Shown: positions 1 to 18,022, counted from the stretch's first letter. The stretch is 32,000 nucleotides of DNA from Escherichia coli (GCF_036505855.1 NZ_AP027829.1), one strand, 5' to 3'. The notes: generated from the letters alone by a model not told the origin. Numbers and translations: made by a program.

Positions 1-764
1 AGCCCGTTAAAAACGTGCTGGCAGAACTGCTGGTTGCGACCAGCCTGTTAACCGCTACGCTGAAGTTTGATGGTGATATCACCGTACAGCTGCAGGGCGA
101 CGGTCCGATGAATCTGGCGGTTATTAACGGTAACAATAACCAGCAGATGCGCGGTGTGGCGCGCGTGCAGGGCGAAATTCCAGAAAATGCCGACCTGAAA
201 ACGCTGGTCGGCAATGGTTACGTGGTGATCACCATTACCCCGAGCGAAGGCGAACGCTATCAGGGCGTAGTTGGTCTGGAAGGTGATACCCTGGCGGCCT
301 GCCTGGAAGATTACTTTATGCGTTCTGAACAGCTGCCGACGCGCCTGTTTATTCGCACCGGCGACGTAGACGGCAAACCGGCTGCAGGCGGTATGTTGTT
401 GCAGGTAATGCCTGCGCAAAATGCCCAGCAGGACGACTTTGACCACCTGGCGACGCTAACCGAAACCATCAAAACCGAAGAACTGCTGACCTTACCGGCA
501 AACGAAGTGTTGTGGCGTTTGTATCACGAAGAAGAGGTGACGGTTTACGATCCGCAGGATGTGGAGTTCAAATGCACCTGCTCGCGTGAACGTTGCGCCG
601 ATGCGCTGAAAACGCTGCCTGATGAAGAAGTTGATAGCATCCTGGCGGAAGATGGCGAAATTGACATGCATTGTGATTACTGCGGTAACCACTATCTGTT
701 CAATGCGATGGATATTGCTGAAATCCGCAACAACGCGTCTCCGGCAGATCCGCAAGTTCATTAA
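1..764 (+). CDS. hslO: Hsp33 redox-regulated chaperone, 5' end cut by the window edge
   Basis: The frame of ORF 15..764 stays open to the window start. The C-terminal zinc-centre cysteines (KCTCSRERC and HCDYCGNHY) are typical of Hsp33. The gene sits upstream of yhgE-pck as in E. coli. Confidence 0.9.
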   Translation, partial: PVKNVLAELLVATSLLTATLKFDGDITVQLQGDGPMNLAVINGNNNQQMRGVARVQGEIPENADLKTLVGNGYVVITITPSEGERYQGVVGLEGDTLAACLEDYFMRSEQLPTRLFIRTGDVDGKPAAGGMLLQVMPAQNAQQDDFDHLATLTETIKTEELLTLPANEVLWRLYHEEEVTVYDPQDVEFKCTCSRERCADALKTLPDEEVDSILAEDGEIDMHCDYCGNHYLFNAMDIAEIRNNASPADPQVH

Positions 765-826
765 TGAGTATGTCCGGCAGAGAGGGCTCTGCCGGATTTT
801 ACGACTAATACACCTGATGCGCTTTG

Positions 827-2551
827 TCACTCATTCAGATTCACATTCAGCCTTTCACCATCCACTACAAGATCGCGCCACGCTTTAGGCTTCGTCCCCA
901 GTTTTCCATCCTTCGCAGCTGTGAGTAATTTTTCTTTCGTTATTTCGTTCGGAAGTAAACTCATATCAAGCGCGTCCCATTCTTTTCTGTCTGAGTCAAA
1001 GCCATAGACAATGACTCTGTCATCATTAAAAGCAAACAGGATCCGCTCCGCCTGACCATCACTATTCAGATCTTGCTCGACCAGGACGCAGGCGTCTTTT
1101 TCAATACAGGTCATCACGTTATAGCGATCCTGGATTAAGGCCGACCAGAATGTCGCATCAGGTTTAACAGAACCAGGGGCAATTAACACATTATCGGCTA
1201 ATACTTTTTCCGATACCTGTTGCTGAAGATGTTGCTCTCCATCTAACGCCATCAGCAGATCCCGCGCGCGTTTCGGGTCTTTCATAAACCCGGCATCGCT
1301 TTTCAGCGACTCAAGCGCAGCACGTCCATAGCGACCGCTCTGCTCGAGCATGTAGATAGTTACCTGGTCTGACGTGTTTTTGCCGCTCTGATAACGCGCC
1401 ATATGGCTGTTCACGCTAATGCGCATACTGTCCAGCACCGGCGAATTAAGAAGCACCAGTATCACCAACACCAATAACGAAACCGCAAGGTTCACTTTGC
1501 CCTGAAGAACAACGGGATTTTGCCCTTTACGCCAGACGATGCTGACAAAATACCCCAGCGACCACACCAGTAACACCAGCACCGCCAGCACGCCCTGCAA
1601 GCGGTCGACAGTCCAGCCGTACTGAGCGACCCGCAGCCATAACGCCCAGGCGGCGACGAACACATACAGCGGAGCAACCAGCAAAGCGGTTTTAATCAGG
1701 CAACGCAACGGCCCTGTCCAGGGAAGTGACGCTTTTTGCGGATCGCGGACAATAGCCATTAAGATCAATTGCAAAAAGGCCAGCGTCAACAGCAACCCGG
1801 CGGCGGAGATGTGGCGAGAAATCGCGCTCAGGCCCGTAAACGGCAGGGTGATGATAAACATCAGGGTTAGCAATGATACTAACGGCAGCAACCCCGTGGC
1901 GATTAACGTGAACAACTTTTGAATAGAGTCGATTAAACGTGACTGTGTTCGCGCGAGGATCACCGCCAGCGCGGTAACCAGACCTAACGTGAGATAAATA
2001 AACCAGTCGGTTGCAAAAAAGAGCGTATTGAAAAACGTGATGCCAACAAGTTTAAACAACTCACTCCACAGTAAAAGCACCAGCCACGTCAAGCCATTGA
2101 CGAGAAAAATCACCAGTAATATAAGTACGTTATGCCATACTGACTGGTAAAAATAGCGATAGCGGCTACTGTCATTGCGGATGCGAAGGCTTTGTTGTAT
2201 CCACGGTAGCAACAACATTGCCATCAACAGCAGATAGCAACCAAAATCCCAAAGCGCCTTTTCAGCTCTCCAGGGGTTCATGCCATCAGTTTGCCACTTC
2301 AGCCAGCCGCTCATCCCCAGCGTGGCAATAAACACTAGCGCCAGCCATCCCCAAAGGCGCTTCTGTTTAAAAGAGATCACGGAGAAGAGTAAAACGGATG
2401 AAAACGCGACGGTCGCAGGCACGCCATAAACAATCCAACTGTGATTTTTTCCGGAAAGCCAGGCGATCAGCAGGTAGCAAACCAGACCCTGAAGTAATCC
2501 GGTAGCAATCATCCCCCAGCGTGTTGCGGGTGAAAGTTCAACGTTATCCAT
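827..2551 (-). CDS. yhgE: polytopic inner-membrane protein YhgE
   Basis: A 574-aa ORF with many hydrophobic helices and a soluble C-terminal part. Size and position between hslO and pck match E. coli yhgE. Confidence 0.8.
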   Translation of the reverse strand: MDNVELSPATRWGMIATGLLQGLVCYLLIAWLSGKNHSWIVYGVPATVAFSSVLLFSVISFKQKRLWGWLALVFIATLGMSGWLKWQTDGMNPWRAEKALWDFGCYLLLMAMLLLPWIQQSLRIRNDSSRYRYFYQSVWHNVLILLVIFLVNGLTWLVLLLWSELFKLVGITFFNTLFFATDWFIYLTLGLVTALAVILARTQSRLIDSIQKLFTLIATGLLPLVSLLTLMFIITLPFTGLSAISRHISAAGLLLTLAFLQLILMAIVRDPQKASLPWTGPLRCLIKTALLVAPLYVFVAAWALWLRVAQYGWTVDRLQGVLAVLVLLVWSLGYFVSIVWRKGQNPVVLQGKVNLAVSLLVLVILVLLNSPVLDSMRISVNSHMARYQSGKNTSDQVTIYMLEQSGRYGRAALESLKSDAGFMKDPKRARDLLMALDGEQHLQQQVSEKVLADNVLIAPGSVKPDATFWSALIQDRYNVMTCIEKDACVLVEQDLNSDGQAERILFAFNDDRVIVYGFDSDRKEWDALDMSLLPNEITKEKLLTAAKDGKLGTKPKAWRDLVVDGERLNVNLNE

Positions 2552-2929
2552 GTTGGTTATCCAGAATCAAAAGGTGGGTTAATTATCGCATCCGGGCAGT
2601 AGTATTTTGCTTTTTTCAGAAAATAATCAAAAAAAGTTAGCGTGGTGAATCGATACTTTACCGGTTGAATTTGCATCAATTTCATTCAGGAATGCGATTC
2701 CACTCACAATATTCCCGCCATATAAACCAAGATTTAACCTTTTGAGAACATTTTCCACACCTAAAATGCTATTTCTGCGATAATAGCAACCGTTTCGTGA
2801 CAGGAATCACGGAGTTTTTTGTCAAATATGAATTTCTCCAGATACGTAAATCTATGAGCCTTGTCGCGGTTAACACCCCCAAAAAGACTTTACTATTCAG
2901 GCAATACATATTGGCTAAGGAGCAGTGAA

Positions 2930-4552
2930 ATGCGCGTTAACAATGGTTTGACCCCGCAAGAACTCGAGGCTTATGGTATCAGTGACGTACATGATATCGT
3001 TTACAACCCAAGCTACGACCTGCTGTATCAGGAAGAGCTCGATCCGAGCCTGACAGGTTATGAGCGCGGGGTGTTAACTAATCTGGGTGCCGTTGCCGTC
3101 GATACCGGGATCTTCACCGGTCGTTCACCAAAAGATAAGTATATCGTCCGTGACGATACCACTCGCGATACTTTCTGGTGGGCAGACAAAGGCAAAGGTA
3201 AGAACGACAACAAACCTCTCTCTCCGGAAACCTGGCAGCATCTGAAAGGCCTGGTGACCAGGCAGCTTTCCGGCAAACGTCTGTTCGTTGTCGACGCTTT
3301 CTGTGGTGCGAACCCGGATACTCGTCTTTCCGTCCGTTTCATCACCGAAGTGGCCTGGCAGGCGCATTTTGTCAAAAACATGTTTATTCGCCCGAGCGAT
3401 GAAGAACTGGCAGGTTTCAAACCAGACTTTATCGTTATGAACGGCGCGAAGTGCACTAACCCGCAGTGGAAAGAACAGGGTCTCAACTCCGAAAACTTCG
3501 TGGCGTTTAACCTGACCGAGCGCATGCAGCTGATTGGCGGCACCTGGTACGGCGGCGAAATGAAGAAAGGGATGTTCTCGATGATGAACTATCTGCTGCC
3601 GCTGAAAGGTATCGCTTCTATGCACTGCTCCGCCAACGTTGGTGAGACAGGCGATGTTGCGGTGTTCTTCGGCCTTTCCGGCACCGGTAAAACCACCCTT
3701 TCCACCGACCCGAAACGTCGCCTGATTGGCGATGACGAACACGGCTGGGACGATGACGGCGTGTTTAACTTCGAAGGCGGCTGCTACGCAAAAACTATCA
3801 AGCTGTCGAAAGAAGCGGAACCTGAAATCTACAACGCTATCCGTCGTGATGCGTTGCTGGAAAACGTCACCGTGCGTGAAGATGGCACTATCGACTTTGA
3901 TGATGGTTCAAAAACCGAGAACACCCGCGTTTCTTATCCGATCTATCACATCGATAACATTGTTAAGCCGGTTTCCAAAGCGGGCCACGCGACTAAGGTT
4001 ATCTTCCTGACTGCTGATGCTTTCGGCGTGTTGCCGCCGGTTTCTCGCCTGACTGCCGATCAAACCCAGTATCACTTCCTCTCTGGCTTCACCGCCAAAC
4101 TGGCCGGTACTGAGCGTGGCATCACCGAACCGACGCCAACCTTCTCCGCTTGCTTCGGCGCGGCATTCCTGTCGCTGCACCCGACTCAGTACGCAGAAGT
4201 GCTGGTGAAACGTATGCAGGCGGCGGGCGCGCAGGCTTATCTGGTTAACACTGGCTGGAACGGCACTGGCAAACGTATCTCGATTAAAGATACCCGCGCC
4301 ATTATCGACGCCATCCTCAACGGTTCGCTGGATAATGCAGAAACCTTCACTCTGCCGATGTTTAACCTGGCGATCCCAACCGAACTGCCGGGCGTAGACA
4401 CGAAGATTCTCGATCCGCGTAACACCTACGCTTCTCCGGAACAGTGGCAGGAAAAAGCCGAAACCCTGGCGAAACTGTTTATCGACAACTTCGATAAATA
4501 CACCGACACCCCTGCGGGTGCCGCGCTGGTAGCGGCTGGTCCGAAACTGTAA
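2930..4552 (+). CDS. pck: phosphoenolpyruvate carboxykinase (ATP)
   Basis: [17 protein letters not shown] start with an AAGGAG SD 8 nt upstream (2917-2922). The kinase-1a motif [11 protein letters not shown] is present and the product is 540 aa. The ORF-track start at 2861 is an upstream non-ATG extension. Confidence 0.96.
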   Translation: MRVNNGLTPQELEAYGISDVHDIVYNPSYDLLYQEELDPSLTGYERGVLTNLGAVAVDTGIFTGRSPKDKYIVRDDTTRDTFWWADKGKGKNDNKPLSPETWQHLKGLVTRQLSGKRLFVVDAFCGANPDTRLSVRFITEVAWQAHFVKNMFIRPSDEELAGFKPDFIVMNGAKCTNPQWKEQGLNSENFVAFNLTERMQLIGGTWYGGEMKKGMFSMMNYLLPLKGIASMHCSANVGETGDVAVFFGLSGTGKTTLSTDPKRRLIGDDEHGWDDDGVFNFEGGCYAKTIKLSKEAEPEIYNAIRRDALLENVTVREDGTIDFDDGSKTENTRVSYPIYHIDNIVKPVSKAGHATKVIFLTADAFGVLPPVSRLTADQTQYHFLSGFTAKLAGTERGITEPTPTFSACFGAAFLSLHPTQYAEVLVKRMQAAGAQAYLVNTGWNGTGKRISIKDTRAIIDAILNGSLDNAETFTLPMFNLAIPTELPGVDTKILDPRNTYASPEQWQEKAETLAKLFIDNFDKYTDTPAGAALVAAGPKL

Positions 4553-4596
4553 TGATTTGAAGCTGGAGAATATCTATCCAGTATCTTATAGAAAGC

Positions 4597-4627
4597 AAAA
4601 CGGGAGGCACCTTCGCCTCCCGTTTAT
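4597..4627. terminator. bidirectional rho-independent terminator between pck and envZ
   Basis: Stem CGGGAGGC (4601-4608) pairs with GCCTCCCG (4615-4622) around a 6-nt loop. It is flanked by an A-run and a T-run. Confidence 0.7.
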
Positions 4628-6696
<2,069 letters not shown>

Positions 6697-6923
6697 TGTT
6701 TGTACTCCCAAAGGTTCGCAACAATTTGTAAGCGTGTATTCTTAAAAAAGCTCACGTTCGTCACCAGCTAAATCTGGTATGAATTTCAGCCTAAATTGTT
6801 ACAAAGCATATTAAACAGCAGCTTAAGTATACAATTTATTCGGCGAAACATTATTGATTCTGTTGATATGATCACGTTATACCCAATGTGCGCATTATCA
6901 AACAGACAAAGGGAATCAACGAG

Positions 6924-7400
6924 ATGAAAACGCCCCTGGTTACCCGGGAAGGGTATGAAAAACTCAAACAAGAGCTTAATTATCTCTGGCGTGAAGAACG
7001 CCCGGAGGTCACAAAAAAGGTGACCTGGGCCGCAAGTCTGGGCGACCGCAGCGAAAATGCTGACTATCAGTATAATAAAAAGCGTCTGCGTGAAATCGAC
7101 CGTCGCGTGCGCTATCTCACTAAATGCCTGGAAAATCTCAAAATCGTCGATTACTCCCCTCAGCAGGAAGGCAAAGTCTTTTTTGGCGCGTGGGTGGAGA
7201 TTGAAAACGACGATGGCGTGACTCACCGTTTCCGTATTGTCGGCTACGATGAAATTTTTGGCCGTAAAGATTACATCTCTATCGATTCCCCGATGGCCCG
7301 CGCATTGCTGAAAAAAGAAGTCGGCGATCTGGCGGTGGTGAATACCCCTGCCGGGGAAGCGAGCTGGTATGTTAATGCTATCGAGTACGTGAAACCGTAA
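6924..7400 (+). CDS. greB: transcript cleavage factor GreB
   Basis: MKTPLVTREGYEKLKQEL start, 158 aa, Gre family. It is divergent from ompR as in E. coli. Confidence 0.94.
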   Translation: MKTPLVTREGYEKLKQELNYLWREERPEVTKKVTWAASLGDRSENADYQYNKKRLREIDRRVRYLTKCLENLKIVDYSPQQEGKVFFGAWVEIENDDGVTHRFRIVGYDEIFGRKDYISIDSPMARALLKKEVGDLAVVNTPAGEASWYVNAIEYVKP

Positions 7401-7496
7401 GGAAGAGTCTTAACCTCCTGCCGATGGCTGGCATTTTTGCCAGCCAGTCCGTATAACTATCCCCTGATTTTTGATCCGAAAAGATGAACTCAAACC

Positions 7497-9818
7497 ATGA
7501 TGAATGATTCGTTCTGCCGCATTATTGCGGGTGAAATTCAGGCGCGCCCGGAACAGGTTGACGCTGCCGTTCGCCTGCTTGACGAAGGGAATACCGTGCC
7601 GTTTATCGCACGTTATCGTAAGGAAATCACCGGCGGTCTGGATGACACGCAGCTGCGTAATCTGGAAACGCGTCTGAGCTATCTGCGCGAGCTGGAAGAG
7701 AGACGTCAGGCGATCCTCAAGTCCATTTCCGAGCAAGGCAAACTCACCGATGATCTGGCGAAGGCCATCAACGCCACCCTAAGCAAAACCGAACTCGAAG
7801 ACCTCTACCTGCCCTACAAACCTAAACGCCGCACCCGCGGGCAAATCGCCATTGAAGCAGGGCTTGAGCCGTTGGCTGACCTGCTGTGGAGCGATCCGTC
7901 ACACACGCCAGAAGTCGCCGCTGCACAATATGTTGATGCCGATAAAGGCGTGGCAGATACCAAAGCCGCGCTGGATGGCGCGCGCTATATCCTGATGGAA
8001 CGGTTTGCCGAAGATGCCGCGCTGCTGGCGAAAGTGCGTGATTATCTGTGGAAGAACGCGCATTTGGTTTCTACGGTGGTGAGCGGTAAAGAAGAGGAAG
8101 GGGCGAAATTCCGCGACTATTTCGATCATCACGAACCGTTGTCCACGGTGCCTTCTCACCGCGCGCTGGCGATGTTCCGTGGGCGTAACGAAGGCGTACT
8201 CCAGCTTTCGCTGAATGCCGATCCGCAGTTCGATGAGCCGCCCAAAGAGAGCTATTGCGAGCAAATCATCATGGATCACCTTGGCCTACGCCTGAACAAT
8301 GCCCCGGCGGATAGCTGGCGCAAAGGCGTAGTGAGCTGGACCTGGCGCATCAAGGTGCTGATGCATCTGGAAACCGAACTGATGGGTACCGTGCGCGAAC
8401 GCGCGGAAGATGAAGCAATCAACGTCTTTGCCCGTAACCTGCACGATCTGCTGATGGCGGCCCCTGCCGGACTGCGTGCAACGATGGGCCTCGATCCGGG
8501 TCTGCGTACTGGGGTAAAAGTGGCGGTGGTCGATGCCACTGGCAAACTGGTAGCGACCGATACCATTTACCCGCACACCGGACAAGCCGCAAAAGCAGCG
8601 ATGACCGTTGCTGCCTTGTGTGAAAAACATAACGTTGAACTGGTGGCGATCGGCAACGGTACAGCTTCCCGCGAAACTGAACGTTTCTATCTCGACGTGC
8701 AGAAGCAGTTCCCGAAAGTGACCGCACAGAAAGTGATCGTCAGCGAAGCTGGCGCGTCGGTTTACTCAGCTTCCGAGCTGGCAGCGCAGGAGTTCCCGGA
8801 TCTCGACGTTTCGCTGCGTGGCGCGGTGTCTATCGCCCGCCGTTTGCAGGATCCGCTGGCGGAGCTGGTGAAAATCGATCCGAAATCTATCGGCGTAGGT
8901 CAGTATCAGCATGACGTCAGCCAGACGCAACTGGCCCGCAAACTGGACGCAGTAGTAGAAGACTGCGTAAACGCCGTTGGCGTCGATCTCAACACTGCTT
9001 CTGTTCCGCTGTTAACCCGCGTGGCGGGCCTGACGCGCATGATGGCGCAAAACATCGTGGCCTGGCGCGATGAGAACGGCCAGTTCCAGAACCGTCAGCA
9101 ACTGCTGAAAGTCAGCCGTCTGGGGCCGAAAGCCTTCGAGCAGTGCGCGGGCTTCTTGCGCATTAACCACGGTGATAACCCGCTGGATGCTTCTACCGTC
9201 CACCCGGAAGCCTATCCGGTGGTGGAACGCATTCTGGCAGCAACACAGCAGGCACTGAAAGATCTGATGGGTAACAGCAGCGAACTGCGTAACCTGAAAG
9301 CGTCTGACTTTACTGATGAAAAATTCGGTGTGCCGACAGTAACTGACATCATCAAAGAGCTGGAAAAACCGGGTCGCGATCCGCGTCCGGAATTTAAAAC
9401 CGCTCAGTTTGCCGATGGCGTCGAGACAATGAACGACCTGCAACCGGGTATGATCCTCGAAGGTGCGGTGACCAACGTCACCAACTTTGGCGCGTTTGTC
9501 GATATCGGCGTGCATCAGGACGGCCTGGTTCACATCTCTTCATTGTCGAACAAGTTTGTGGAAGATCCGCATACCGTGGTGAAAGCGGGCGACATTGTGA
9601 AGGTGAAAGTGCTGGAAGTGGATCTTCAGCGTAAACGTATCGCCCTGACTATGCGTCTGGACGAGCAGCCTGGCGAAACCAACGCCCGTCGCGGCGGCGG
9701 TAATGAACGCCCGCAAAACAACCGCCCGGCAGCCAAACCACGCGGTCGTGAAGCGCAGCCTGCCGGTAATAGCGCGATGATGGATGCGCTGGCGGCGGCA
9801 ATGGGCAAAAAACGTTAA
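7497..9818 (+). CDS. yhgF: Tex-like transcription accessory protein YhgF (C-terminal S1 domain)
   Basis: A 773-aa ORF with a YqgF/RuvC-like central region, HhH motifs and a C-terminal S1 domain ([16 protein letters not shown]). Confidence 0.92.
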   Translation: MMNDSFCRIIAGEIQARPEQVDAAVRLLDEGNTVPFIARYRKEITGGLDDTQLRNLETRLSYLRELEERRQAILKSISEQGKLTDDLAKAINATLSKTELEDLYLPYKPKRRTRGQIAIEAGLEPLADLLWSDPSHTPEVAAAQYVDADKGVADTKAALDGARYILMERFAEDAALLAKVRDYLWKNAHLVSTVVSGKEEEGAKFRDYFDHHEPLSTVPSHRALAMFRGRNEGVLQLSLNADPQFDEPPKESYCEQIIMDHLGLRLNNAPADSWRKGVVSWTWRIKVLMHLETELMGTVRERAEDEAINVFARNLHDLLMAAPAGLRATMGLDPGLRTGVKVAVVDATGKLVATDTIYPHTGQAAKAAMTVAALCEKHNVELVAIGNGTASRETERFYLDVQKQFPKVTAQKVIVSEAGASVYSASELAAQEFPDLDVSLRGAVSIARRLQDPLAELVKIDPKSIGVGQYQHDVSQTQLARKLDAVVEDCVNAVGVDLNTASVPLLTRVAGLTRMMAQNIVAWRDENGQFQNRQQLLKVSRLGPKAFEQCAGFLRINHGDNPLDASTVHPEAYPVVERILAATQQALKDLMGNSSELRNLKASDFTDEKFGVPTVTDIIKELEKPGRDPRPEFKTAQFADGVETMNDLQPGMILEGAVTNVTNFGAFVDIGVHQDGLVHISSLSNKFVEDPHTVVKAGDIVKVKVLEVDLQRKRIALTMRLDEQPGETNARRGGGNERPQNNRPAAKPRGREAQPAGNSAMMDALAAAMGKKR

Positions 9819-9840
9819 ACGCCCGGACTGGCCCCTAAAC

Positions 9841-9873
9841 CTGCGCGATAAGGCGTTCACGCCGCATCTGGCA
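9841..9873. repeat. REP (repetitive extragenic palindrome) element
   Basis: GATAAGGCGTTCACGCCGCATCTGGCA closely resembles the E. coli REP consensus in inverted orientation. Confidence 0.55.
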
Positions 9874-9898
9874 ACGAACGCCTTGCCTGACATAAAAG

Positions 9899-9927
9899 TG
9901 CCGGAGAATTTCTCCGGCCTTTTTATT
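9899..9927 (+). terminator. rho-independent terminator of yhgF
   Basis: Stem CCGGAGA (9901-9907) pairs with TCTCCGG (9911-9917) and is followed by CCTTTTTATT. Confidence 0.65.
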
Positions 9928-10123
9928 CCACAACCAAACTCATAATATATTCCGGCAATATTTATCACTTCATTAACAACTGAAACCTTAATTAAACATT
10001 AGCCAGTCCGGGTAATTCACTATTCGAATTATATTTTCGCTGCGATATAACCTTGAGCCACATCAACATTGAGTCAGATTATTATTCAAACCAACATTCG
10101 CACACATTTTAAGTATTGCTGAT

Positions 10124-10142
10124 AGAAACCATTCTCATTATC
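10124..10142. promoter_or_regulatory. candidate Fur box in the feoABC promoter region
   Basis: AGAAACCATTCTCATTATC ends with TCATTATC, which equals the 3' half of the Fur consensus GATAATGATAATCATTATC. The feo operon is known to be Fur-regulated. Confidence 0.4.
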
Positions 10143-10255
10143 ATTGTGTTGTTGATTATTTAATCTCTCCTTTGTTGGCAAATCATCTGGTCTCATGTCG
10201 CTGTCAAACGCCCCATGAGGTAGTTATCCAGTTAATGAGAAACAAGTAGGCACCT

Positions 10256-10483
10256 ATGCAATACACTCCAGATACTGCGTGGAAAATCACTGGCTTTTCC
10301 CGTGAAATCAGCCCGGCATATCGCCAAAAACTGCTTTCTCTTGGCATGTTACCTGGCTCCTCTTTTAATGTGGTGCGCGTCGCTCCACTCGGCGACCCCA
10401 TTCATATCGAAACCCGTCGTGTGAGCCTGGTATTACGCAAAAAAGATCTGGCCTTATTAGAAGTGGAAGCGGTTTCCTGTTAA
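10256..10483 (+). CDS. feoA: ferrous iron transport protein A
   Basis: A 75-aa ORF ([14 protein letters not shown]) immediately upstream of feoB. Confidence 0.94.
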   Translation: MQYTPDTAWKITGFSREISPAYRQKLLSLGMLPGSSFNVVRVAPLGDPIHIETRRVSLVLRKKDLALLEVEAVSC

Positions 10484-10499
10484 TACGGTGATAACAACA

Positions 10500-12821
10500 A
10501 TGAAAAAATTAACCATAGGCTTAATTGGTAATCCAAATTCTGGCAAGACAACCTTATTTAACCAGCTCACTGGCGCACGTCAGCGTGTAGGTAACTGGGC
10601 TGGCGTTACCGTCGAACGTAAAGAAGGGCAATTCTCCACCACCGATCATCAGGTCACGCTGGTGGACCTGCCCGGCACCTATTCTCTGACCACCATCTCA
10701 TCGCAGACCTCGCTCGATGAGCAAATCGCCTGTCACTACATTTTGAGTGGCGACGCCGACCTGCTGATTAACGTGGTGGATGCGTCTAACCTTGAGCGTA
10801 ACCTGTACCTGACGCTACAACTGCTGGAACTCGGCATTCCCTGCATTGTGGCACTGAACATGCTCGACATTGCCGAGAAGCAAAATATTCGTATTGAAAT
10901 TGATGCTCTGTCGGCGCGTCTGGGCTGTCCGGTGATCCCGCTGGTTTCAACCCGTGGTCGCGGTATTGAAGCGCTCAAGCTGGCGATTGATCGCTATAAA
11001 GCTAACGAGAATGTGGAACTGGTACATTACGCACAGCCGCTACTCAACGAAGCAGATTCACTGGCAAAAGTGATGCCTTCCGACATCCCGCTGAAACAAC
11101 GTCGCTGGCTGGGCCTGCAAATGCTGGAAGGCGATATCTACAGCCGCGCCTACGCCGGTGAAGCGTCGCAGCATCTTGATGCCGCCCTCGCCCGTCTGCG
11201 TAATGAGATGGACGATCCGGCGCTGCACATTGCCGATGCGCGTTACCAGTGCATTGCTGCCATCTGTGATGTGGTAAGCAACACCCTGACGGCAGAACCC
11301 AGCCGTTTCACCACTGCGGTAGATAAAATCGTGCTCAACCGTTTCCTCGGTCTGCCGATTTTCCTCTTTGTGATGTACCTGATGTTCCTGCTGGCTATCA
11401 ACATCGGCGGGGCGTTACAGCCGCTGTTTGACGTCGGCTCCGTGGCGCTATTTGTGCATGGTATTCAATGGATTGGCTACACGCTCCACTTCCCGGACTG
11501 GCTGACTATCTTCCTCGCCCAGGGCCTGGGTGGCGGCATTAACACCGTGCTGCCACTGGTGCCGCAGATTGGCATGATGTACCTGTTCCTCTCCTTCCTT
11601 GAGGACTCCGGGTATATGGCGCGTGCGGCGTTTGTGATGGACCGTCTGATGCAGGCGCTGGGCTTGCCGGGGAAATCCTTTGTGCCGCTGATCGTCGGTT
11701 TCGGTTGTAACGTACCGTCGGTAATGGGTGCACGTACGCTTGATGCACCGCGTGAACGTCTGATGACCATCATGATGGCACCGTTTATGTCCTGCGGCGC
11801 GCGTCTGGCTATCTTCGCAGTATTCGCGGCTGCCTTCTTCGGGCAGAACGGTGCGCTGGCGGTCTTCTCGCTGTATATGCTGGGTATTGTGATGGCGGTG
11901 CTGACTGGCCTGATGCTCAAGTACACCATCATGCGCGGTGAAGCGACGCCGTTTGTCATGGAGTTGCCGGTCTATCATGTACCACACGTTAAAAGCCTGA
12001 TTATCCAGACCTGGCAGCGTCTGAAAGGCTTCGTTCTGCGTGCTGGTAAAGTGATCATCATCGTCAGCATTTTCCTGAGCGCTTTCAACAGCTTCTCGCT
12101 GAGCGGGAAAATCGTCGATAACATCAACGACTCGGCGCTGGCGTCCGTCAGCCGGGTGATCACCCCGGTCTTCAAGCCAATTGGCGTGCATGAAGATAAC
12201 TGGCAGGCAACGGTTGGCCTGTTTACAGGTGCCATGGCGAAAGAAGTGGTAGTGGGTACGCTCAACACCCTCTACACCGCAGAAAATATTCAGGACGAAG
12301 AGTTCAATCCGGCAGAATTTAACCTCGGTGAAGAGCTGTTCAGTGCGATAGATGAAACCTGGCAGAGCCTGAAAGACACCTTCAGCCTTAGCGTACTGAT
12401 GAACCCCATTGAAGCCAGCAAAGGCGACGGCGAAATGGGTACCGGGGCGATGGGCGTGATGGATCAGAAATTCGGTAGCGCAGCAGCAGCTTACAGCTAC
12501 CTGATTTTCGTCCTGCTGTATGTACCATGTATCTCGGTGATGGGGGCTATCGCCCGTGAATCAAGCCGTGGCTGGATGGGCTTCTCCATCCTGTGGGGGC
12601 TGAATATCGCTTACTCACTGGCAACATTGTTCTATCAGGTCGCCAGCTACAGTCAGCATCCAACTTACAGCCTGGTGTGCATTCTGGCGGTTATCCTGTT
12701 TAACATCGTGGTTATCGGTCTGCTGCGCCGCGCGCGTAGCCGGGTGGATATCGAACTGCTGGCAACCCGCAAGTCGGTAAGCAGTTGCTGCGCAGCCAGC
12801 ACCACCGGTGATTGCCATTAA
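10500..12821 (+). CDS. feoB: ferrous iron transporter FeoB (N-terminal GTPase plus permease)
   Basis: [26 protein letters not shown]1 motif, 773 aa, polytopic C-terminal domain. The ORF-track start at 10488 is a 4-codon extension. Confidence 0.95.
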   Translation: MKKLTIGLIGNPNSGKTTLFNQLTGARQRVGNWAGVTVERKEGQFSTTDHQVTLVDLPGTYSLTTISSQTSLDEQIACHYILSGDADLLINVVDASNLERNLYLTLQLLELGIPCIVALNMLDIAEKQNIRIEIDALSARLGCPVIPLVSTRGRGIEALKLAIDRYKANENVELVHYAQPLLNEADSLAKVMPSDIPLKQRRWLGLQMLEGDIYSRAYAGEASQHLDAALARLRNEMDDPALHIADARYQCIAAICDVVSNTLTAEPSRFTTAVDKIVLNRFLGLPIFLFVMYLMFLLAINIGGALQPLFDVGSVALFVHGIQWIGYTLHFPDWLTIFLAQGLGGGINTVLPLVPQIGMMYLFLSFLEDSGYMARAAFVMDRLMQALGLPGKSFVPLIVGFGCNVPSVMGARTLDAPRERLMTIMMAPFMSCGARLAIFAVFAAAFFGQNGALAVFSLYMLGIVMAVLTGLMLKYTIMRGEATPFVMELPVYHVPHVKSLIIQTWQRLKGFVLRAGKVIIIVSIFLSAFNSFSLSGKIVDNINDSALASVSRVITPVFKPIGVHEDNWQATVGLFTGAMAKEVVVGTLNTLYTAENIQDEEFNPAEFNLGEELFSAIDETWQSLKDTFSLSVLMNPIEASKGDGEMGTGAMGVMDQKFGSAAAAYSYLIFVLLYVPCISVMGAIARESSRGWMGFSILWGLNIAYSLATLFYQVASYSQHPTYSLVCILAVILFNIVVIGLLRRARSRVDIELLATRKSVSSCCAASTTGDCH

Positions 12822-13057
12822 TGGCTTCACTTATTCAGGTGCGCGATTTGCTGGCGTTACGGGGCCGTATGGAAGCGGCCCAGATAAGCCAGACATTGAA
12901 CACTCCACAGCCAATGATTAACGCCATGCTGCAACAACTGGAAAGTATGGGCAAAGCCGTGCGGATTCAGGAAGAACCTGACGGCTGCCTCTCTGGCAGT
13001 TGTAAAAGCTGCCCGGAAGGAAAAGCCTGTCTGCGCGAGTGGTGGGCGCTGCGTTAA
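12821..13057 (+). CDS. feoC: FeoC (YhgG) winged-helix/Fe-S protein
   Basis: [15 protein letters not shown] start overlaps the feoB stop (TAATG). The product is 78 aa with a CxxGxCKxCPxxxxC cluster. Confidence 0.92.
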   Translation: MASLIQVRDLLALRGRMEAAQISQTLNTPQPMINAMLQQLESMGKAVRIQEEPDGCLSGSCKSCPEGKACLREWWALR

Positions 13058-13081
13058 CCTTACTCCATCGCCTGTTTTGGA

Positions 13082-13117
13082 AAGCCCGGTATGCGTCTGC
13101 ATCCGGGCTTTTTTGCG
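13082..13117 (+). terminator. rho-independent terminator after feoC
   Basis: AGCCCGG and CCGGGCT form an inverted repeat followed by TTTTTTG. Confidence 0.6.
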
Positions 13118-13259
13118 TGCGGCTTTCCATAAAAATGCAACTCTTGCAGCACGGCGTAAGTTCCTTTGAAAGCATCTCGCAGGGATGAAAACTCGCTAAT
13201 ACACAGGTGTGGAGTGGCGCGTAGAGTCGCGGCATTCAAACAACAGGTGAAGGAACGCC

Positions 13260-14138
13260 ATGAGCAAAAAGCAGAGTTCCACCCCACACGATGCGCTGTT
13301 CAAACTCTTTTTACGCCAACCGGACACGGCTCGTGATTTTCTTGCGTTTCATTTACCGGCACCCATTCACGCGCTTTGTGATATGAAAACCCTCAAGCTG
13401 GAGTCGAGCAGCTTTATTGATGACGATCTGCGTGAAAGCTATTCCGATGTGCTGTGGTCGGTGAAAACGGAACAAGGACCAGGATACATCTATTGTCTGA
13501 TTGAACATCAAAGCACCTCAAACAAACTGATCGCATTTCGCATGATGCGTTACGCTATTGCCGCAATGCAAAATCACCTTGATGCTGGATACAAAACGTT
13601 GCCGATGGTGGTGCCATTGTTGTTTTACCACGGTATTGAAAGCCCCTATCCCTATTCGCTGTGTTGGCTGGATTGTTTCGCCGATCCCAAACTGGCAAGG
13701 CAGCTTTATGCCTCCGCATTTCCGCTGATTGATGTCACCGTCATGCCTGATGATGAAATCATGCAGCACCGACGTATGGCGCTGCTGGAGTTAATTCAAA
13801 AACATATTCGTCAACGCGATCTGATGGGGCTGGTAGAGCAAATGGCCTGCTTATTAAGTAGTGGATACGCTAATGACAGACAAATCAAAGGGCTGTTTAA
13901 TTACATACTGCAAACCGGCGACGCGGTACGTTTTAACGATTTTATCGACGGCGTTGCCGAACGTTCACCGAAACACAAGGAGAGTTTAATGACAATTGCG
14001 GAAAGATTGCGGCAGGAGGGGGAACAATCCAAAGCCCTGCATATAGCCAAAATAATGCTTGAATCCGGAGTCCCTCTTACAGACATCATGCGCTTTACCG
14101 GGGTGTCAGAAGAAGAGTTGGCTGCGGCGAGCCAGTAA
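13260..14138 (+). CDS. rpnA: recombination-promoting nuclease RpnA (YhgA, PD-(D/E)xK transposase_31 family)
   Basis: A 292-aa ORF with the characteristic [11 protein letters not shown]-terminus and a YSDVLW...IEHQS core of YhgA-like proteins. Confidence 0.88.
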   Translation: MSKKQSSTPHDALFKLFLRQPDTARDFLAFHLPAPIHALCDMKTLKLESSSFIDDDLRESYSDVLWSVKTEQGPGYIYCLIEHQSTSNKLIAFRMMRYAIAAMQNHLDAGYKTLPMVVPLLFYHGIESPYPYSLCWLDCFADPKLARQLYASAFPLIDVTVMPDDEIMQHRRMALLELIQKHIRQRDLMGLVEQMACLLSSGYANDRQIKGLFNYILQTGDAVRFNDFIDGVAERSPKHKESLMTIAERLRQEGEQSKALHIAKIMLESGVPLTDIMRFTGVSEEELAAASQ

Positions 14139-14166
14139 ATTTCTGTCTCGCCATTTCAAAAGTTGC

Positions 14167-14998
<832 letters not shown>

Positions 14999-15067
14999 GT
15001 CAAAACAAGGAATATCCCCATGAAATAAATATAAAAAGCGTATATACAAAACGTGGAGGAAAGATAA

Positions 15068-15154
15068 ATGGAGATATTCTTAACAATTACACTCATTATT
15101 AACATAGCGTATGCAGTTATCCCGATAAAAAAAATGAAAGCTGCGAAATCCTGA
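15068..15154 (+). CDS. 28-aa hydrophobic/basic mini-protein (MEIFLTITLIINIAYAVIPIKKMKAAKS), candidate small membrane peptide or type I toxin-like
   Basis: Hand-translated and below the ORF-track cutoff. A GGAGGA SD (15055-15060) lies 7 nt upstream of the ATG. The peptide has one TM segment and a Lys-rich tail. Confidence 0.3.
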   Translation: MEIFLTITLIINIAYAVIPIKKMKAAKS

Positions 15155-15193
15155 TCTCAGCAATAGATACTACATTTATATACAAAGTGATAA

Positions 15194-15471
<278 letters not shown>

Positions 15472-15492
15472 ACTGGCTATATCTTTGAGATA

Positions 15493-16860
<1,368 letters not shown>

Positions 16861-16937
16861 GATAAACCTGTCAGGCAGTTGAGAATAAGTGCACTGAATG
16901 GCCAGCGGGGCGTAAGTACCCGTATTCAGCAATGATG

Positions 16938-17001
16938 CCTTTCCGCTTCCCCGACCGCTCGCTAACTGGTGTCAGGTTGCCGGATCTGCGGCGAGCGGTA
17001 C
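16938..17001. promoter_or_regulatory. ColE1/pBR322 primosome-assembly-site (ssi)-like segment, copy A
   Basis: CTTTCCGCTTCCCCGACCGCTCGCTAACTGG...CTGCGGCGAGCGGTACC. See copy B for the comparison. Confidence 0.45.
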
Positions 17002-17009
17002 CACCACAA

Positions 17010-17074
<65 letters not shown>

Positions 17075-17091
17075 GACGTGTAAACAGAGCA

Positions 17092-17264
<173 letters not shown>

Positions 17265-17276
17265 TCAGTAATGGTA

Positions 17277-17340
<64 letters not shown>

Positions 17341-17363
17341 ATCACACGAGCAACTGAAGCAGC

Positions 17364-17399
<36 letters not shown>

Positions 17400-17415
17400 C
17401 GCAGCAGGTGCAGGA

Positions 17416-17453
<38 letters not shown>

Positions 17454-17454
17454 A

Positions 17455-17679
<225 letters not shown>

Positions 17680-17716
17680 ATCACACGCGCAACTGAAGCA
17701 GTCTGCCTGTCTGTTA

Positions 17717-17750
<34 letters not shown>

Positions 17751-17751
17751 A

Positions 17752-17789
<38 letters not shown>

Positions 17790-17876
17790 TCGTCGGGGGA
17801 GCTCGCTGTCAGTCATCAATTTCATCAAAAGGCATCATCATTGCCTGTACGACTCACGCCTTGCGTCGCTCGTCTC

Positions 17877-18022
<146 letters not shown>

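Noticed and set aside
10150-10166. An FNR site in the feo promoter (TTGATTATTTAATC)
   Set aside because: Only the left half-site TTGAT matches TTGAT-N4-ATCAA. The right half is poor, so the site is not reported as a feature.
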